Source of the DNA: Tubulanus polymorphus
Taxonomy: Eukaryota > Animalia > Nemertea
Assembly (NCBI RefSeq): GCF_964204645.1
Contig: NC_134029.1
Coordinates: forward strand, 18,222,950 to 18,286,949
DNA: 64,000 nt
Direction of reading: 5' to 3'
Shown: positions 40,401-53,620 of the stretch, one piece after another
Layout: each line of letters opens with the position of its first letter
Numbering within the stretch: position 1 is the stretch's first letter
Position numbers and translations under genes: made by a program
The notes under the pieces: model-generated
Databases searched by the model: none
Told to the model about the DNA's origin: nothing
What the model saw: only the letters and a program-made list of their open reading frames with translations

Positions 40401-40807
40401 TTGGTTGGGGGGTATTGCAAAGGCTCCACTCGTATCCACTGATTACCAGCAGTTGTTTACCTCATACACATCAACTATTACCGTCTAAATATCATCATTA
40501 TTTACGTGTATAAAACAAAGAAACCGCAGCCTTTGATAACATATAACTATCTTCACATAATATGTACTCCTTTTACCTTCCATGATCCAGAAGTTCCCTA
40601 AACATCGTACTGCACCACTGAGAACCTGAACCTTGGTATTCTGAATTGGCAACTGGCGCCCTTAACCTTGTATATACTCAAGTCCCCTATGACCCATCTT
40701 ATCTCATTTCCAATATTCATCTTCTCAGTATTCATCTTTTTCTTTTTGGACATATCTACAACCATTGATATCTATACCCAATATATATTACGAAATTTCA
40801 TTGCAGT

Positions 40808-41278
40808 TTACAAAGTTTGGTACTGAAGACTATGTCAAATTCAACCTGAGTAGACGAAACCGCTCTTTAATCGCTAGAATGAGAAATGGTACTTACCCTC
40901 TTAATATAGAATTAGGAAGGTATAGAAGTTTGCCCCTAGCATTGCGTGTCTGTAGTATGTGTAATAAAAATGAAATAGAATCCGAACTACATTTTCTTTG
41001 TGAGTGTAACGCATATCATGATTTAAGAAATGACCTATACCAATAAATTGAAGATGTACTAACTCTTGATATAACTTCCCTTTCAAGTACCGAGGTATTA
41101 ATTCAAATTCTAAATAATTAAATATGTTTGTAACTATATTGAAAGGGCGTCCTTACGACGTAACGGTAACATACCATGAATATGTTATAATTGTATGAAA
41201 ATTTGTGTCTTGTAAGCCTTTTATAGGCTGGCTTTACTTGTAAAGATGACACTTTAATAAACTATATATATATATATA
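40808..41278 (+). mobile_element. 5'-truncated non-LTR retrotransposon (LINE) 3' end: ORF2 C-terminal CCHC zinc-knuckle region, 3' UTR and (TA)n tail
   Basis: Translation RxGTYPLNIELGRY..RVCSMC..EIESELHFLCECxAYxDLR is the typical post-RT cysteine motif of LINE ORF2 (RTE-X-like from memory, clade not verified). It is followed by AATAAA and (TA)n, and tacaaa occurs at both ends as a possible TSD. Confidence 0.85.
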
Positions 41279-43772
41279 CAAAAGTGATCCGGTCGACTAT
41301 GAGAAAGAAGGTAATAATAATATTTCAATCAACTCACCGACCATTGATATCATATACCCGTTTCATTTTCAGCAGGAGTGATTTTGTTTATTGTGCATTA
41401 ATCAGGTACACAGACTCTCGTATCAAGTCTACCCGGTTAGATTTTCTGTCTGTACAATTATTACACGCAACAAATTCTATCGCTGATATCCATCTCAGTC
41501 ATTCGAGTGAGCTAATATCATTTCATCAGTTATCACTGATGAAGCGACCGTCTTTTTTTTATACGTTAATAGCACTTCAAAGGCAAGATTCAGACTTCTC
41601 CGAAGAAAAGAACTAGCAGCTGAACGTCGAAAAAGAAAATCTTGACTCGGATGGAGAGAGACGGTTAATAGGAAATATCTATGAAGTCATTCATGTGGGA
41701 ATAAAGGCAAGTGAAGCGTGATAAAAAAAGATCACTTACTCCGCGAGATAATAATCGATATACCGCTGTCGAGCGAACGAGCGAGCGCATCAGTACCAAC
41801 ATACACTGAACCATCCAATCAGAACAACTGTAAAACATAAAAGAAAGCACATACATATACAGTGCCTGTAAGCTTTAGGAGACAGAAATTCAGTTCAATT
41901 CGATGCTATAAAATGACAGTAATCAAAGCACTGGTATTCCTGAATATGCCTTGGATACATAGTTGAAACATCAGGATAAATATTAGCTCAAATAACTCTT
42001 TTAATCTTAGTGTGGTATTTTGTACTATCTTCACTAAGAGTGAATATCAATACTGAGTGTGTTTCATCAATGATAATCAAGCAAACCAATAGTTGGTACT
42101 ATACCACGCCTTTAGCTAGCCATGTCTTTGAGGAGGTTAGATTTTTGGGAAAGCTGAACTTTTTTTCAGGGAATGGAACTGCTTGCAAGGGGCCCACGCA
42201 AATGTCGCCGTCCTGTGAGTGATCGCACAGAAATTTTCTCGAAAATTAGAGGCGAAGTGTATTTGGAATAAAAATTGTGCTTCTTTTCCCTACCATTCGG
42301 CCCAAATCAAGTTAGTTTGGAAGTGGGTGCACATTTTAAACGGAAACAAATGAAAAAGCGTTACAAATGAATGAACCCCCTGAAAACGGTACTGTATATG
42401 GGGATATAATCGGCTTTTAAAGTAGATTGCTGTGCCAGAGTCGATGTGTAATTTGAGTATTTCACTGTGTCCACTGTCAAGTTTTGTTTCTACGGCAAAT
42501 GAAGCGAAAAGTCTCAAAGGCCTGATATATATTTCAATTACTTCAAAGCAATTAAACTCATTTAAACCATTAGAATAGAAATCATTTTACGGAGTGGGTG
42601 TCCTGCTGTTCGGATAGTTGATATAATCACGGATCTTGAGTGTCTAGCCGAGTAGGGGCTCGAGGGGACAATATTGTTCAGAAATAATAGCTCCTTTAGA
42701 CATCTGTTATCACATTAAACTATGAACCTCTGTGGAATGGGAAGAGAGCAGTAGAGGCATCGGCTCTTATGAGTCAACGTTAGAAAGAGACAGACACGAG
42801 AATTCAGGAGCAGAATTCATTATCGTGGGATTCTTGAATCTGTTTTATCGCATCATCTATGTCAAGTGACATAGCCGCGTACGATCTTGCAAACAAACGG
42901 AATAACGAGATCTAAGTGTGTTCAAAAGAATAAGCGCAAACTCACGATTATTGTTGAAAACCTTATTCTGTAAAACAGAATACATACACAGTAATGTGCA
43001 TTCTGTCGAAACATAACTCAATGCGGATCGATTTAAATAGTTCAGTAAAGAAGGCCGAGATGTTAGGTGTGGAAGAAGATGGATCGGTAACATAGCCGTA
43101 TTGCGCATTGCAGGTATTGCGCCTGATCGCAATGTATAGTTCATAAACGCTGAATATCCTTGGATATCCATGAATCAGCTTATGAAATATTGACAATCAG
43201 CAGTAATCTCTCCGGCGATATCTTATAATCGTAAACGCGCTGAGGTCGCAATGTCATCAAATCAACTAAGTGAACAACAGATAATATGAGGAAGAGAAAG
43301 AGGGAGACTGGGAAACAGAAGGGGGCGAGAAAAAAAGCTGGATGTAAGGAAAATGATAGATAGAGCGCAGGAAGACGTCCCAGGAAATAACGTCCGAATT
43401 TGCAAGGTTGGAAAAATGTTCCAGCCTTACTAACTTCATTATCTAGTTAATTTATAGTTAATCTAACACCTATATAACATCAAGTCGACAAATATCGTCT
43501 GACCAGCATAGGTAACAATAGAATTTAGGTAACGATCCCCCTCCCCTGCCTGTAAATATCCCCCAGCAAAAATCGCACAAGGTAAAAATCTCTCCAAAAG
43601 GTAAAATCTCCCCCCCCCCCAAGGTAAAAATCCCTCCATATTTGATTTTCAACTAACATTTTTAAATAAAATTCAACACAATTTCCGATGTTTAAGAAAA
43701 CTCAAGATAAACTCAAATTTCATTGCACTACCATATTAAAACAAGATGACAGTAATTCAGTTTTCACTTGTT

Positions 43773-44066
43773 AAGGCTGGCTTATGTCGACTAGCGACGC
43801 GACGCCTACCGACTCCCGATGCAACTGAAAGCAACCGCGATCGCAGCCCAACTTATGTCGACTGCGCTCCGATTCCAAGCAAATGAGGCCGATCAGCGGG
43901 ATACCAGATCCGCCCAGTCGCTCACTGCTTATGTTGGTTACGATTACTGGCAACTGCATCGGCTCACATGGTCACGTGATAAGCAACTGGCGGCCTCTCG
44001 TAGGACGCTAAATCAGCGATAAACCCAGTTGGGTCGGTAGGCATCAAGTCGCCTACCGATGTGTAT
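43773..44066. mobile_element. Harbinger-like MITE (aggctggcttatgtcgac...), right end degenerate
   Basis: gcgacgcgacgcctaccgac is inverted relative to gtcggtaggcatcaagtcgc; preceded by tta. Confidence 0.55.
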
Positions 44067-45232
44067 ATTCTGGATAGAAGGATAGAAGTGTAAAAATAAA
44101 CTAAGGTACTCTATTACCATCCATTGTTTAAACTGTTGAAAATAAGAACATCAGTGGCATTTTTTCCTACTGTCATTTTCACTGGCAGCATTTTTACCGC
44201 TGGCATTTTTTCCTACATTCAAGAGTACCGTAAATAATGAACAGGGCAGACTAGAAACCACAAGGAAATTGATACTGAGCAAAAATGAAGTTCAAAACTT
44301 GTCGCAGTCGTAGTACATACATATATGAACCCGATGATTAGAAATGCCTCAAACAAGTAGATGCATTCTACTAAGATTGAGCTCTGATAGTTTTTTGCAA
44401 TAGGTTTTATCACAAAAACTTTGTTTTTTCTAAAAAATTCCTATCCCAAAAACATCAGTCTATGTCACTGGCAAAAGATCCAAGAAAAATGCGCCCGGAA
44501 ATGAGATACAATGACAAGCAGCAAGCATATATACGAAATATTGCTCAGAAACAGGACAGCAATGATGTAGGTAATCATTTCATTTCCGTCAAACCAAAAT
44601 ATTGTTCACAACGTTATAATCGCATGAATTTTAATGGGAATATTCAGTTGAAAAGTGAACAACATCGACTGAATGTATAATAATATGTAATCATCTGCAC
44701 GTATGCACATATACGGTCTCGGCGGCTTGTAATTTCATACCCTACGGGCTTCACACTACAATCAGTGAATAGATATTTCAATAGATTTCAAAGACTCTTC
44801 ACGCCAACTGTACACTACACATACTACTAGCGGTAAACGATGATGCTGCTTAATAATTGCATACAAAATTCAATGCGAATATCAATAAAAACCACTCGAC
44901 TAACACAAAAGATGATGAATTTTGAATGTTTTCTCGACGATGGGTTTTTGAGTACATCCATCCACAAAACAGTCGCGTAATATATAAATGGCTTTTTTTG
45001 AAATTCTGAAAAAATATGAGGAGCATTAATGAAGAGACGCCGCATTGCAAAAAGTAATAAATGTGCAATGGTTGGTCTGGTTGACAGTCGCAGAGAATTG
45101 TGCCGCAGAGAATTGCTGGCAGTAGCACAGCTGAGACCTTTAGGGCACATGGACACATGAATACATTCACTACAATGAACCATCATGATGCCACTGGGGC
45201 TATAACATGGTCAGCATTGTGTTCAGATTAAC

Positions 45233-45274
45233 CATGGATGTATAAACTAGATATATCTAGTCTATACATCCATG
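45233..45274. mobile_element. 42-bp CATG..CATG palindromic insert with 7-bp TSD (putative footprint)
   Basis: gattaac|catggatgtataaactagatatatctagtctatacatccatg|gattaac. Confidence 0.8.
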
Positions 45275-45364
45275 GATTAACCAATGAGCTTTGCGAATGA
45301 AGCATCTTGTTCTACATTGCCAGCCAGTGAAGAAATTGAACTGCTAAGATCAGCTAGGTATTGT

Positions 45365-45396
45365 CATGGACGTATAAACTAGTTCATACGTCCATG
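45365..45396. mobile_element. 32-bp CATG..CATG palindromic insert with 7-bp TSD (putative footprint)
   Basis: gtattgt|catggacgtataaactagttcatacgtccatg|gtatagt. Confidence 0.75.
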
Positions 45397-46429
45397 GTAT
45401 AGTGTAGGTCAAAATGGTGGCAGATCCGAAACCATAAAAGAAAGAAATGTCCCAAGCATATTGTTACAATGGTTGTTTTTCGAGGTTGGGCCTTGAAGGC
45501 TGTTAATGCCTATGTAGCAGTTTGAGCGACAAATCAAATGTTGCCCATGGTGACTGGTGGCAGAAAGGGAAGCATGGAAATAAGTAAGAGATGGCACCAA
45601 TGACGGCTTAAAAACTACCTCCGAAGCGATCAGAATTAGTTCAATTTTCAAAACCGTCTCAGTCTAATCCGAAGGCTGATCATTCGCAGACTGCCGATAT
45701 ATTGTCACGCGGGAGACACAACCTGTGCATAAATATTGAATGAATATAGATTTCCCGTGAGGTATTGACACAAGATCATATCGACGTATTGTCTACCGAC
45801 AATAGAACGTCTGCTCTTAAACAATTGATGAATAGAGAGACAAGAGACTAATTTGCTATTAAATCAAGTGTCATCGGTGGTGGTGGCTCGGCTGTCTGGG
45901 GTTCAGGGTGGAACAACGCCGGTGGTTGGCTGCTTCTGCACATACACGTGGATAGCATAAAATCTCTCGGCGGTCGGTTTTGATAATTGGAAGTAATTAC
46001 ATGTCGGCGTTGATAAGCAAAACCTGTTTCCTACGTGCATAACATAGAACTTCTATCAGGGGCTGAACTTATCATCGAAGAATCCATCCAGGCATATTGC
46101 GCACCACATCTGTTTAATTCTCGATTGTCGAGATCTTTTGTTTCATTTTTCACGGATCAGGGAGAATTGAAACAGGTCACGATATCCGTCGTCAGTCATA
46201 ACTAAGAACGGGCCTAAATCAGATGTATCACTGGTTTCAAACACAATCTAAAGATCAGTAAATTTGGTAAATTAGGCTTCTAGCAATCAATCCAACATTG
46301 AGATGTAGTAATCCATTTGGCTTTCATTTATTGTTCAACTTAGAGTCTGGTAATTGCTAATAGTTGCATACTCGATGATAAGAAGTTTCCTAGTTTCCTA
46401 GTATACTGGTCTATGACCATGTGATGAAA

Positions 46430-46445
46430 CATGGTAGAGTCCATG
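46430..46445. mobile_element. 16-bp CATG..CATG insert with 7-bp TSD (putative footprint)
   Basis: gatgaaa|catggtagagtccatg|gatgaaa. Confidence 0.7.
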
Positions 46446-46473
46446 GATGAAACGACCATATATAGAAATCTTA

Positions 46474-46811
46474 AGGTAGGGACACACGGGCACCTAGTGG
46501 CACGACTGGCACTTAGTGGGAGAGAGTTAACGAATCACATGATATCAACAATGCATCCTATTGGTTGATAAAAATGGATCGCTCGGCGAAATTCGCCGAG
46601 TGCGGGCAGACGAGCGAATTTGCGGGCGATCCGATCGCCGGCGTAAATAATCGGCCGAAAATATTAAACATGTTTGATATGGTCGATTTGCTGGGCGATC
46701 GAGTCAGCCGACGAAATCGTCGTCGCCGTGAATGGCCACACGAGCGAATTTTCCGGGCAATTTATAAATTCGCTGCGATCGGGGAAAAAATACGCTCGTG
46801 TGCCCCTACCT
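46474..46811. mobile_element. PIF/Harbinger-like MITE with TTA TSD
   Basis: tta|aggtagggacacacgggc...gctcgtgtgcccctacct|tta. Confidence 0.8.
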
Positions 46812-47697
46812 TTAAGTGTGTATCAGGCTTAATATCACCAACTACACCAAAACTACACAATCATATACACACACCAGCCAAAATCCCGTGGAAAGCACAG
46901 GTTTAGCCCAGAACTTCAAACTTTTCGATTTTTTGGCTGTGAATTTAGAAGGAGCATTTTAGAAATACGTTCTCAGGGCTTATTGTTAGCCAGGTCATTT
47001 TTGTCTAATGGCATAGCCGTTGTACCAGTCCATACAGACAGATATCGGTGTGCAAAAATCACAGATACAAAGAGCAACCACTGAGTCAAATTGTCGTATT
47101 TTAAACCATTTGATACATATGCCCCACAGTCACTAATACACTCAAAGAACTACTTCAAGATGAAACTGGTTTGTTTTTATTTTGAACATTTGAACAAACT
47201 ATTAATCGCATACATTCAAAAGAATTTTGTAAGGCACACCCTACATAGACACATAAGGAATCCATAGGTCATATGACATCATACGCATATATACGATACG
47301 ACTATTTTCAGCATACAGATACACGTTCCCCAGATAACAACTATTTTTTCGAAAAAAGCTGCATGAAATACCCTAACGTACAATCGAACACATTTCATAC
47401 AGGGTATCATGACGTGTGATGATATATCAGCCAGTAGCGATGCTATTCTATTCTCGCGTTCACATAAAAACGGCGACCGTTGATATCACTACGGTATCGC
47501 GTTTACACTGCCACACCCAGTTATCTCTCCGTATGATCTAATAACTCATCGCTATAAAACATAAAACGTGACATAAAATAAGCGCCTATAAAACGACGAC
47601 AGCGTTTCTAACTTTATTTACTACAGGTCGAGGCTTTCTACAGAGAGTCGCATTCAGCATAGAGCGCGCGTGTGCGCCTTCAAATGGAAGATGGATA

Positions 47698-47717
47698 CAT
47701 GGACTCTAAAGTCCATA
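47698..47717. mobile_element. 20-bp CATGGACT hairpin insert with near-perfect 7-bp TSD (putative footprint)
   Basis: atggata|catggactctaaagtccata|atggatt. Confidence 0.65.
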
Positions 47718-47916
47718 ATGGATTGACAAATTAATCTTATTTCGCATCAAAAATAGCTTTAACTGTAATTCGAGCCTTGTTGTCCGAAAAATCATATCCA
47801 CCGGGTAAAATAAAAATTTTGAATTGAATTGAATTATCATATGCACGTACAATTTCTCCAATCTCCAATCTAGACATTGTTTGCCGCCGATAGAATATAT
47901 CACATCTCTAAGTCCA

Positions 47917-48181
47917 AGCCACGATGATCATACAATCATTTTTTTGCCCGATCAAAAACGTCGACCCAGGCCCAAGCCAAATCATAGCATGGATCAAATT
48001 AATGCATGTGAATTGCTCCAGGTTCCGGTAGTGACTGACTTCCCTTAGTTTGAGCATTGTTTTAGTATCAAGCGAGTGGTTTACGTGTGAAAGTGCTCCA
48101 TAGTTAGGCATGGCCTGAAATTGACTCCGGCCTGATACGTGACAATTAGCCAGGTCAGATTGTCTCCATGTAATCACAGCT
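47917..48181 (-). mobile_element. Diverged copy of the AGCCGCGATCACAC MITE (partial copies also at about 49600-49680 and 50530-50665)
   Basis: agccacgat...gtaatcacagct ends; internal ccgatcaaaaacgtcg and ttgagcattgtttagtatc are reverse-complementary to the 7379 copy. Confidence 0.65.
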
Positions 48182-48569
48182 TAAATTCTATAGAGATGAG
48201 AAGTGAAATGAATCGGTAAATGAAACCCCTTGAAAAACAAAAATTACATTTAACTTTTCTTTTCATTGATAATCAAACTCTTGCTTCGAGTAAGATAAAA
48301 CTATCAATAATTGCTGTTCAGCCGTACAATTCAACGTTCGACGAAAGAGCCTCAGTCGATATCGATCAAATCCATCAAACCTTTTAGAAACCAGTCAAGG
48401 AAATGAGATACGAAACCATGACAGAGAATACCAATGCAGTCAGATGAAAAGTCATAAGAAAATCACTACGGCAAAAAGGTTTCACATGTCTCAATCGAAC
48501 TACCATCTTTGCTTCGACCAAGAATTAGAAATTAGGAAATATAGAATATTCATCCATCCACCAGTGATT

Positions 48570-49035
48570 TGCCCTAAGCTTTATTACACTTAGGTTTGCT
48601 TTTGCCTTCAACTTCAGTTTCAGACTTGTCCTCAGCTCCACATTCAGCTTTATCCTCAGCTTCTCTATCAGCTTTTTCCTCAGCTCAAACCTTTTAACCC
48701 ATGTTTGCTTGTAGCTTTACTGCTTTACCCATCTTAATACTCAGGTTTGCCCTTAGCTCAAACTTGAGCTTTTCATTCAGGTATTCCTGCAGCTATATAC
48801 TCAGGGTTGCCCTTTCAATTTCAGCTTTTAGTTCAGGTTTGTCCTCAGCTTTGCCTTCAGCTTTATCATCAACCCAACCACAAATTTACCTGTTTCAGCT
48901 TTATACTCAGGTTAACCCTGAGCTAAGCCTTCAGCTTATCTTGAACTTTGCCTTTGGGTTCATTCTCAACTTCAACGCTCAGCTTTAACCTGAGCACTAT
49001 TTTTTGCAATCAGTTTTACCCAGTCTCAACCTCAG
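48570..49035. repeat. Degenerate 12-bp minisatellite (ctcagctttNNN / aaagctgagNNN)
   Basis: tcagct(tt) recurs at about 12-bp period with indels. Confidence 0.7.
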
Positions 49036-51579
49036 GCTCATCATTAAAACTGAACTCATCAAGCGATTATACGCCGACTAGGGAAATGTCACATACTTGT
49101 TGGTGCCGGCGGGGTGTTTCCCACTGATATCAAGACACTTGGCAGTTCCGATGTAAATACACTCCCCGTACCATAAGAGATATTCAGCATCAATTCGACA
49201 CATATCTGGAAAATAAGGTTTAAGACAATTCGATGAAATCAATATGACCATCTCAGTGGGTGACGAAGTAATATCGTTGAATGTCACGTTCATTATATCT
49301 GGGAGGTGTTCGTTCTCTCGCACCTCGCACCTCGCTGTGCTGGTTATATTGACACAAATCTCTATCACACCAGTCCAACTCATTTATAACGATCTTGCGC
49401 AATTAGTGCGCTATTCACAGGTACCGCTAGTCCTCATCACACAAACAGGCAGTGGCGAGCAAACATCAGCGCAGTTATTCTTATTAACCCTTCGAACCTG
49501 TATGGTAGGGTTTTGTTATGATTGCAATTAATGCGTTATATTAGCCTACCTTATCAGGTTGATAGCTAATGTTGTCTCAGCAAAAATCCTGCAGTTATCA
49601 GCCACGATCACACAAGCATTTTTCGCCTGTGCCAAATTAGGCCAGAATGATCACATGGGTGCCAAATGGCTTACGCTATATCGTTGCAAGTCCTTCCATG
49701 TAAAAGGCTCCTCTTTACAAAGCAAAATTATCCATCATAACTTTAAATCTATTTCATATACCTTACACCAAAATAGCAACCTTCTGGTGGCTGAGCTATT
49801 TACATTTCATGAATGCGAAGAAGTATGGGGACCTTAAATGTAATGCCATGATGTGAAGATGTAACCCTAATAAAAATGAACATATTTTACTTTCAACAAT
49901 ACCAGATAACTTATGTAAAAGGCCATATTCTATGTGATATTCATTTTTCACACATGCGATAGCCGAGCGCGCACCCAGCTCGATTAAGTTGAACCTATAA
50001 GAGGAATGACAAATCCCTGCACACAGCCCTCCCTAGTACAACATTGAAGAGACACGCTCCGACTGCTCGATAAGCTGGTTACCTTGAATAATCAATTTAT
50101 CAGAAGCCATCGCAATTTCCCTGATAAATCACTTTCCGGAAACAACCGAACATTCACGTTGTCAAAACCAATCGGTTATATTAGATAGATCGCTTCGAGG
50201 GATGGAAAATCTACGACGAGAGCTTTCATCCTCTCCGTCGTATCAAACAGCGACCTCCGCAAAAACTGCTGCCGCTCGCAAACGTAAGATTAACTTCACT
50301 TCGCTCATCATTCACCGGCATTTCTCAAATAGAAATCTCATTCACGCACGAAAAGCGGCAATCGTTGTAGATTGTATGTTATCACATACATTTTATCGAC
50401 GTGCCATCCTGTAAATCATAAGGTAGCCTATACAGGCTTATAAAACACAGAATCCCAAACATAGTGGAATCCCAAAAGAGAATTATCGTATCGAAAGGGT
50501 TGTATCAGAATATGAGTGAGACACTTCCTAAACCAGCTGCCCAATGTTTTGACCCGTGCTAAAACTCCACTCGGGCCTGGTCCGACATTTTTGGTGGCAC
50601 AGGCACAGGCACTTGCCACCCGTGTTAACAGTTGTTCCGGGCAAAAATGCTCGCGTATTTGCAGATAATTACTTCAATTTTTGATAGGTAAGTTATAGCT
50701 ATCGTGTGTTGAATCTGCCGAGTGAAACTCTTCTGTTCACCAGAATTTTACAACACTAGATTGCGACTTCCAACCAGAAATGCTAAGTTTCATTTAGGGA
50801 ATAATTGATTTCCGTAAGAGGACATTAACGACGAATCATTTACATTATCGCTAATTACCCGAGAGTTACTTATTTATAATCAAATCGGCGTGCTAATTAC
50901 TGAGCGAAACAGTAATTTGACACGCAACTTTCAGTAATTCAATATACGTACGTCGTATGTCGTAAACAAATATCAGAGCCAAGAACAAGGAAGGCGAGAG
51001 ATATAAAGTGGAAGAAGGTCAGAGGGAAGGATAAGAGGGGAAAAGATAACAAAGAAGCAAGAGATCGATGAAAGTGAATTTTCTTTCTTTTTTTGTTCTT
51101 TTTGTAGTTACTGTTTTTGCTTTTTTCTCCTTCTGTCTTTGTTTCATTCTCATTTATTAGGGGCCATAAATTGTATTGCCATTGGCTGGCCGGGTCCTTC
51201 ATTGTGCCGAAATCTTTATAGAATGTATAAATGCATTCATTCACTTTCAAAACAAAATCAGAGGACCGAGATTGGAGAGCTGACCAAATCGACTGGTTTG
51301 GGACTGACCGAGCACACCAGGAACTGTGAGTGGGGCATTGATTTTTTTCGAAATGGAAGCAATTACTGCCCCCCTCCCCGGCCGACCTCTGTGAGGAGAA
51401 TGGATGGTGGAGTCGGAAACCTACTTCTTTAAAAAGAGATTGTTTAAACGAGTGAGCTGTGGATTGTAAGGAAGTGAAAGTAAACTTTGTAAAAGTAAAC
51501 GTTTAACGTCAGGTTTTAATGATCAGCTGTCAATGGGAAAAGTAAAGAGCGGGCGTGCTGAGAAAGTAAACCTAATGAA

Positions 51580-51960
51580 CGCAGCACAAAATAAACATGA
51601 AACATGAGACATACACTATTTTCGGCTCGTTTGATGACTTCTTGTATTGCTCCTAATCAAGAAACATTGTTTCTGAAACAAGAAAAAGCGTTTCAATCGC
51701 CGCGTGCAATGTCAGAATATCTAAACAAGAAACGCTAATATACAATGACCAGTCAGGTAAAATGAGCGAATCGCAACATGACTGATCAAAATCAGCATCT
51801 CTCTCATATCATGTGAAACAATTATTATACTTTTCTCGTCGCTAGTGGCGCCGCAGGCTTTGGTATGTTTCTTGTTTCGCTGTGTAAGCAGGTTAATTAA
51901 ACATTGAAACGCATCGAAACAAAAAATCCGTGCCGTCACTTGGAGGTCTTTCTCGCTGCG
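51580..51960 (-). mobile_element. Decayed MITE with tgtttc subrepeats; opposite-orientation relatives at about 53240-53620 and 59930-60300
   Basis: acatgactgatc..tatcatgtg here versus catgatatc..gatcagtcatgtg at 53400-53440 and 60140-60180; shared gtttag.tactct..tgcac.c.gcaat.gaaaca..gttt. Confidence 0.55.
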
Positions 51961-52930
51961 CTCTAGTCTTTATACAATTCAGAAACATTATATCGATTCA
52001 CGAGCAGGGCAAATACGGTCGTGTTCGACGTTGTATCATTTTTGTACGAAATATGATGAAGAAACACATGAAAGAGAAAATCTCCGATGACGACGACGAC
52101 GTAGAGCTCTTCAGGCAATAGTCAACTGTTCCCCATCAAAAATGAGCCGCTGCAGCGGCAGCAGAGCACATCATCAAACACGATGAGGTGATGATTATAT
52201 GGCCATCGGGAACCTATCAAACCGGACGGATTATAGCCGAGACATCCTCTCAAAAACAGATTTTCATAACGACTTGTAAAAATCTACCTCTCTTTTATCA
52301 TTATCGTCATTTCTTTTTTCAATTAAGAAGACGCGCTCTCGTAAACGAAGCTTAGAAGAAGGCAACTGAGCAAAATGATTCAGGTAGAATGAGTATTGGA
52401 ATTAACGAAATTTTAAGCAAGGCACGGAGGAAAATCACTGCTTTTGATGAAAACTCTTATCACCTGCATTGGGAATATGTTCAACCGCACTGAATATAAC
52501 TCGAAACAGCTCCCAATCGTTATCAGCCCATGTAATTACTTCAAAAATCATGATACCTTAAACAGCAGTTAAGGGTCTTGTGAAAACCGATATTGAACAG
52601 CAAACTAGCTACATGTTATCATCATCCGCGAGTAAACAGTAATAACTATTGATAAACTTTGAATAATAGATCAGAGCAATACGTTGAAAAAAATCGGAAA
52701 TAAAATACTATTTGCATTATTCCGATATCTATTTTCTTAACACGCTTCAAGCATAATGGTCATACACGCTTGACATTCTGAAATTCAACGACTCATTGAT
52801 CTACCGACTTCAGATGTAATATCAATTAATCGATATGGCGATCTATCGTATCAATTATCAATTTTCTGTTAACAACAGAATTCTATATCTATGAATAGAG
52901 AGGTTATTTTGATTGAACATTCGAGGGATA

Positions 52931-53135
52931 TTAAGTTTAGAACCCACTACATACACAGTTTAAAAGACTAAAAGTGAATTTCTTTATCACAAATTGAAAT
53001 CGAGAGATACAACGTTTCAAACTATCGCTACAGCGAGCGAGACTTTGAAATCTCGTATCGTTTGAACTTAATTTTTCATAAATAAAATTCGCTTTTAATC
53101 TTTTGAACTTTGTACATAGTGGGTTTTAAACTTAT
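52931..53135. mobile_element. Almost fully palindromic foldback MITE (~100-bp imperfect arms)
   Basis: aagtttagaacccactac.tac...gtacatagtgggttttaaactt, with pairing continuing inward to tttcaaa/tttgaaa. Confidence 0.7.
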
Positions 53136-53239
53136 TATTGATCCTCCACGTCAGATTGCACAGGCTTTTCTACTGTTCACGGAATCTATCCCTTGATATC
53201 ATCAAAATTAGATAGTGGATTTTCTATCTGAAATATCAC

Positions 53240-53620
53240 TAGATAAACTGAAATTCAGGTTTCCTCAAGTTTTACATGAGTTGCAAGCAGAATGTAAAAA
53301 TATTAAACAAGAAACAGATTGTGTTTTGATGTTCAATGTTTGATTCGCCCGCTATCATATACAGCAGGACTAGCAATGACAAAAGTAGTAATTGTATAAC
53401 ATGATATCAAAATGGCGGTGATTTCGATCAGTCATGTGATCCATTCATTGTTATTGATTGGTTATTAAGTATGGGGTATATCTTGTTTAGTTACTCTCAT
53501 TGCACACAACAATTGAAACACTGTTTCTTGTTTTCGAAGCAGCACACGCATCAAAAAACATATACGAAAACATGTTTCTGTTTCTCGTTAATTTCGCGCT
53601 GTGTGCACTTCAAACATTTC
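53240..53620 (+). mobile_element. Decayed MITE, same family as 51580-51960 and 59930-60300
   Basis: Shared internal segments as described for 51580; boundaries approximate. Confidence 0.55.

Noticed and set aside
49078-49383. ORF containing KCLDISG, resembling a ricin-B lectin motif
   Set aside because: Isolated short match without QxW repeats or convincing splice sites.
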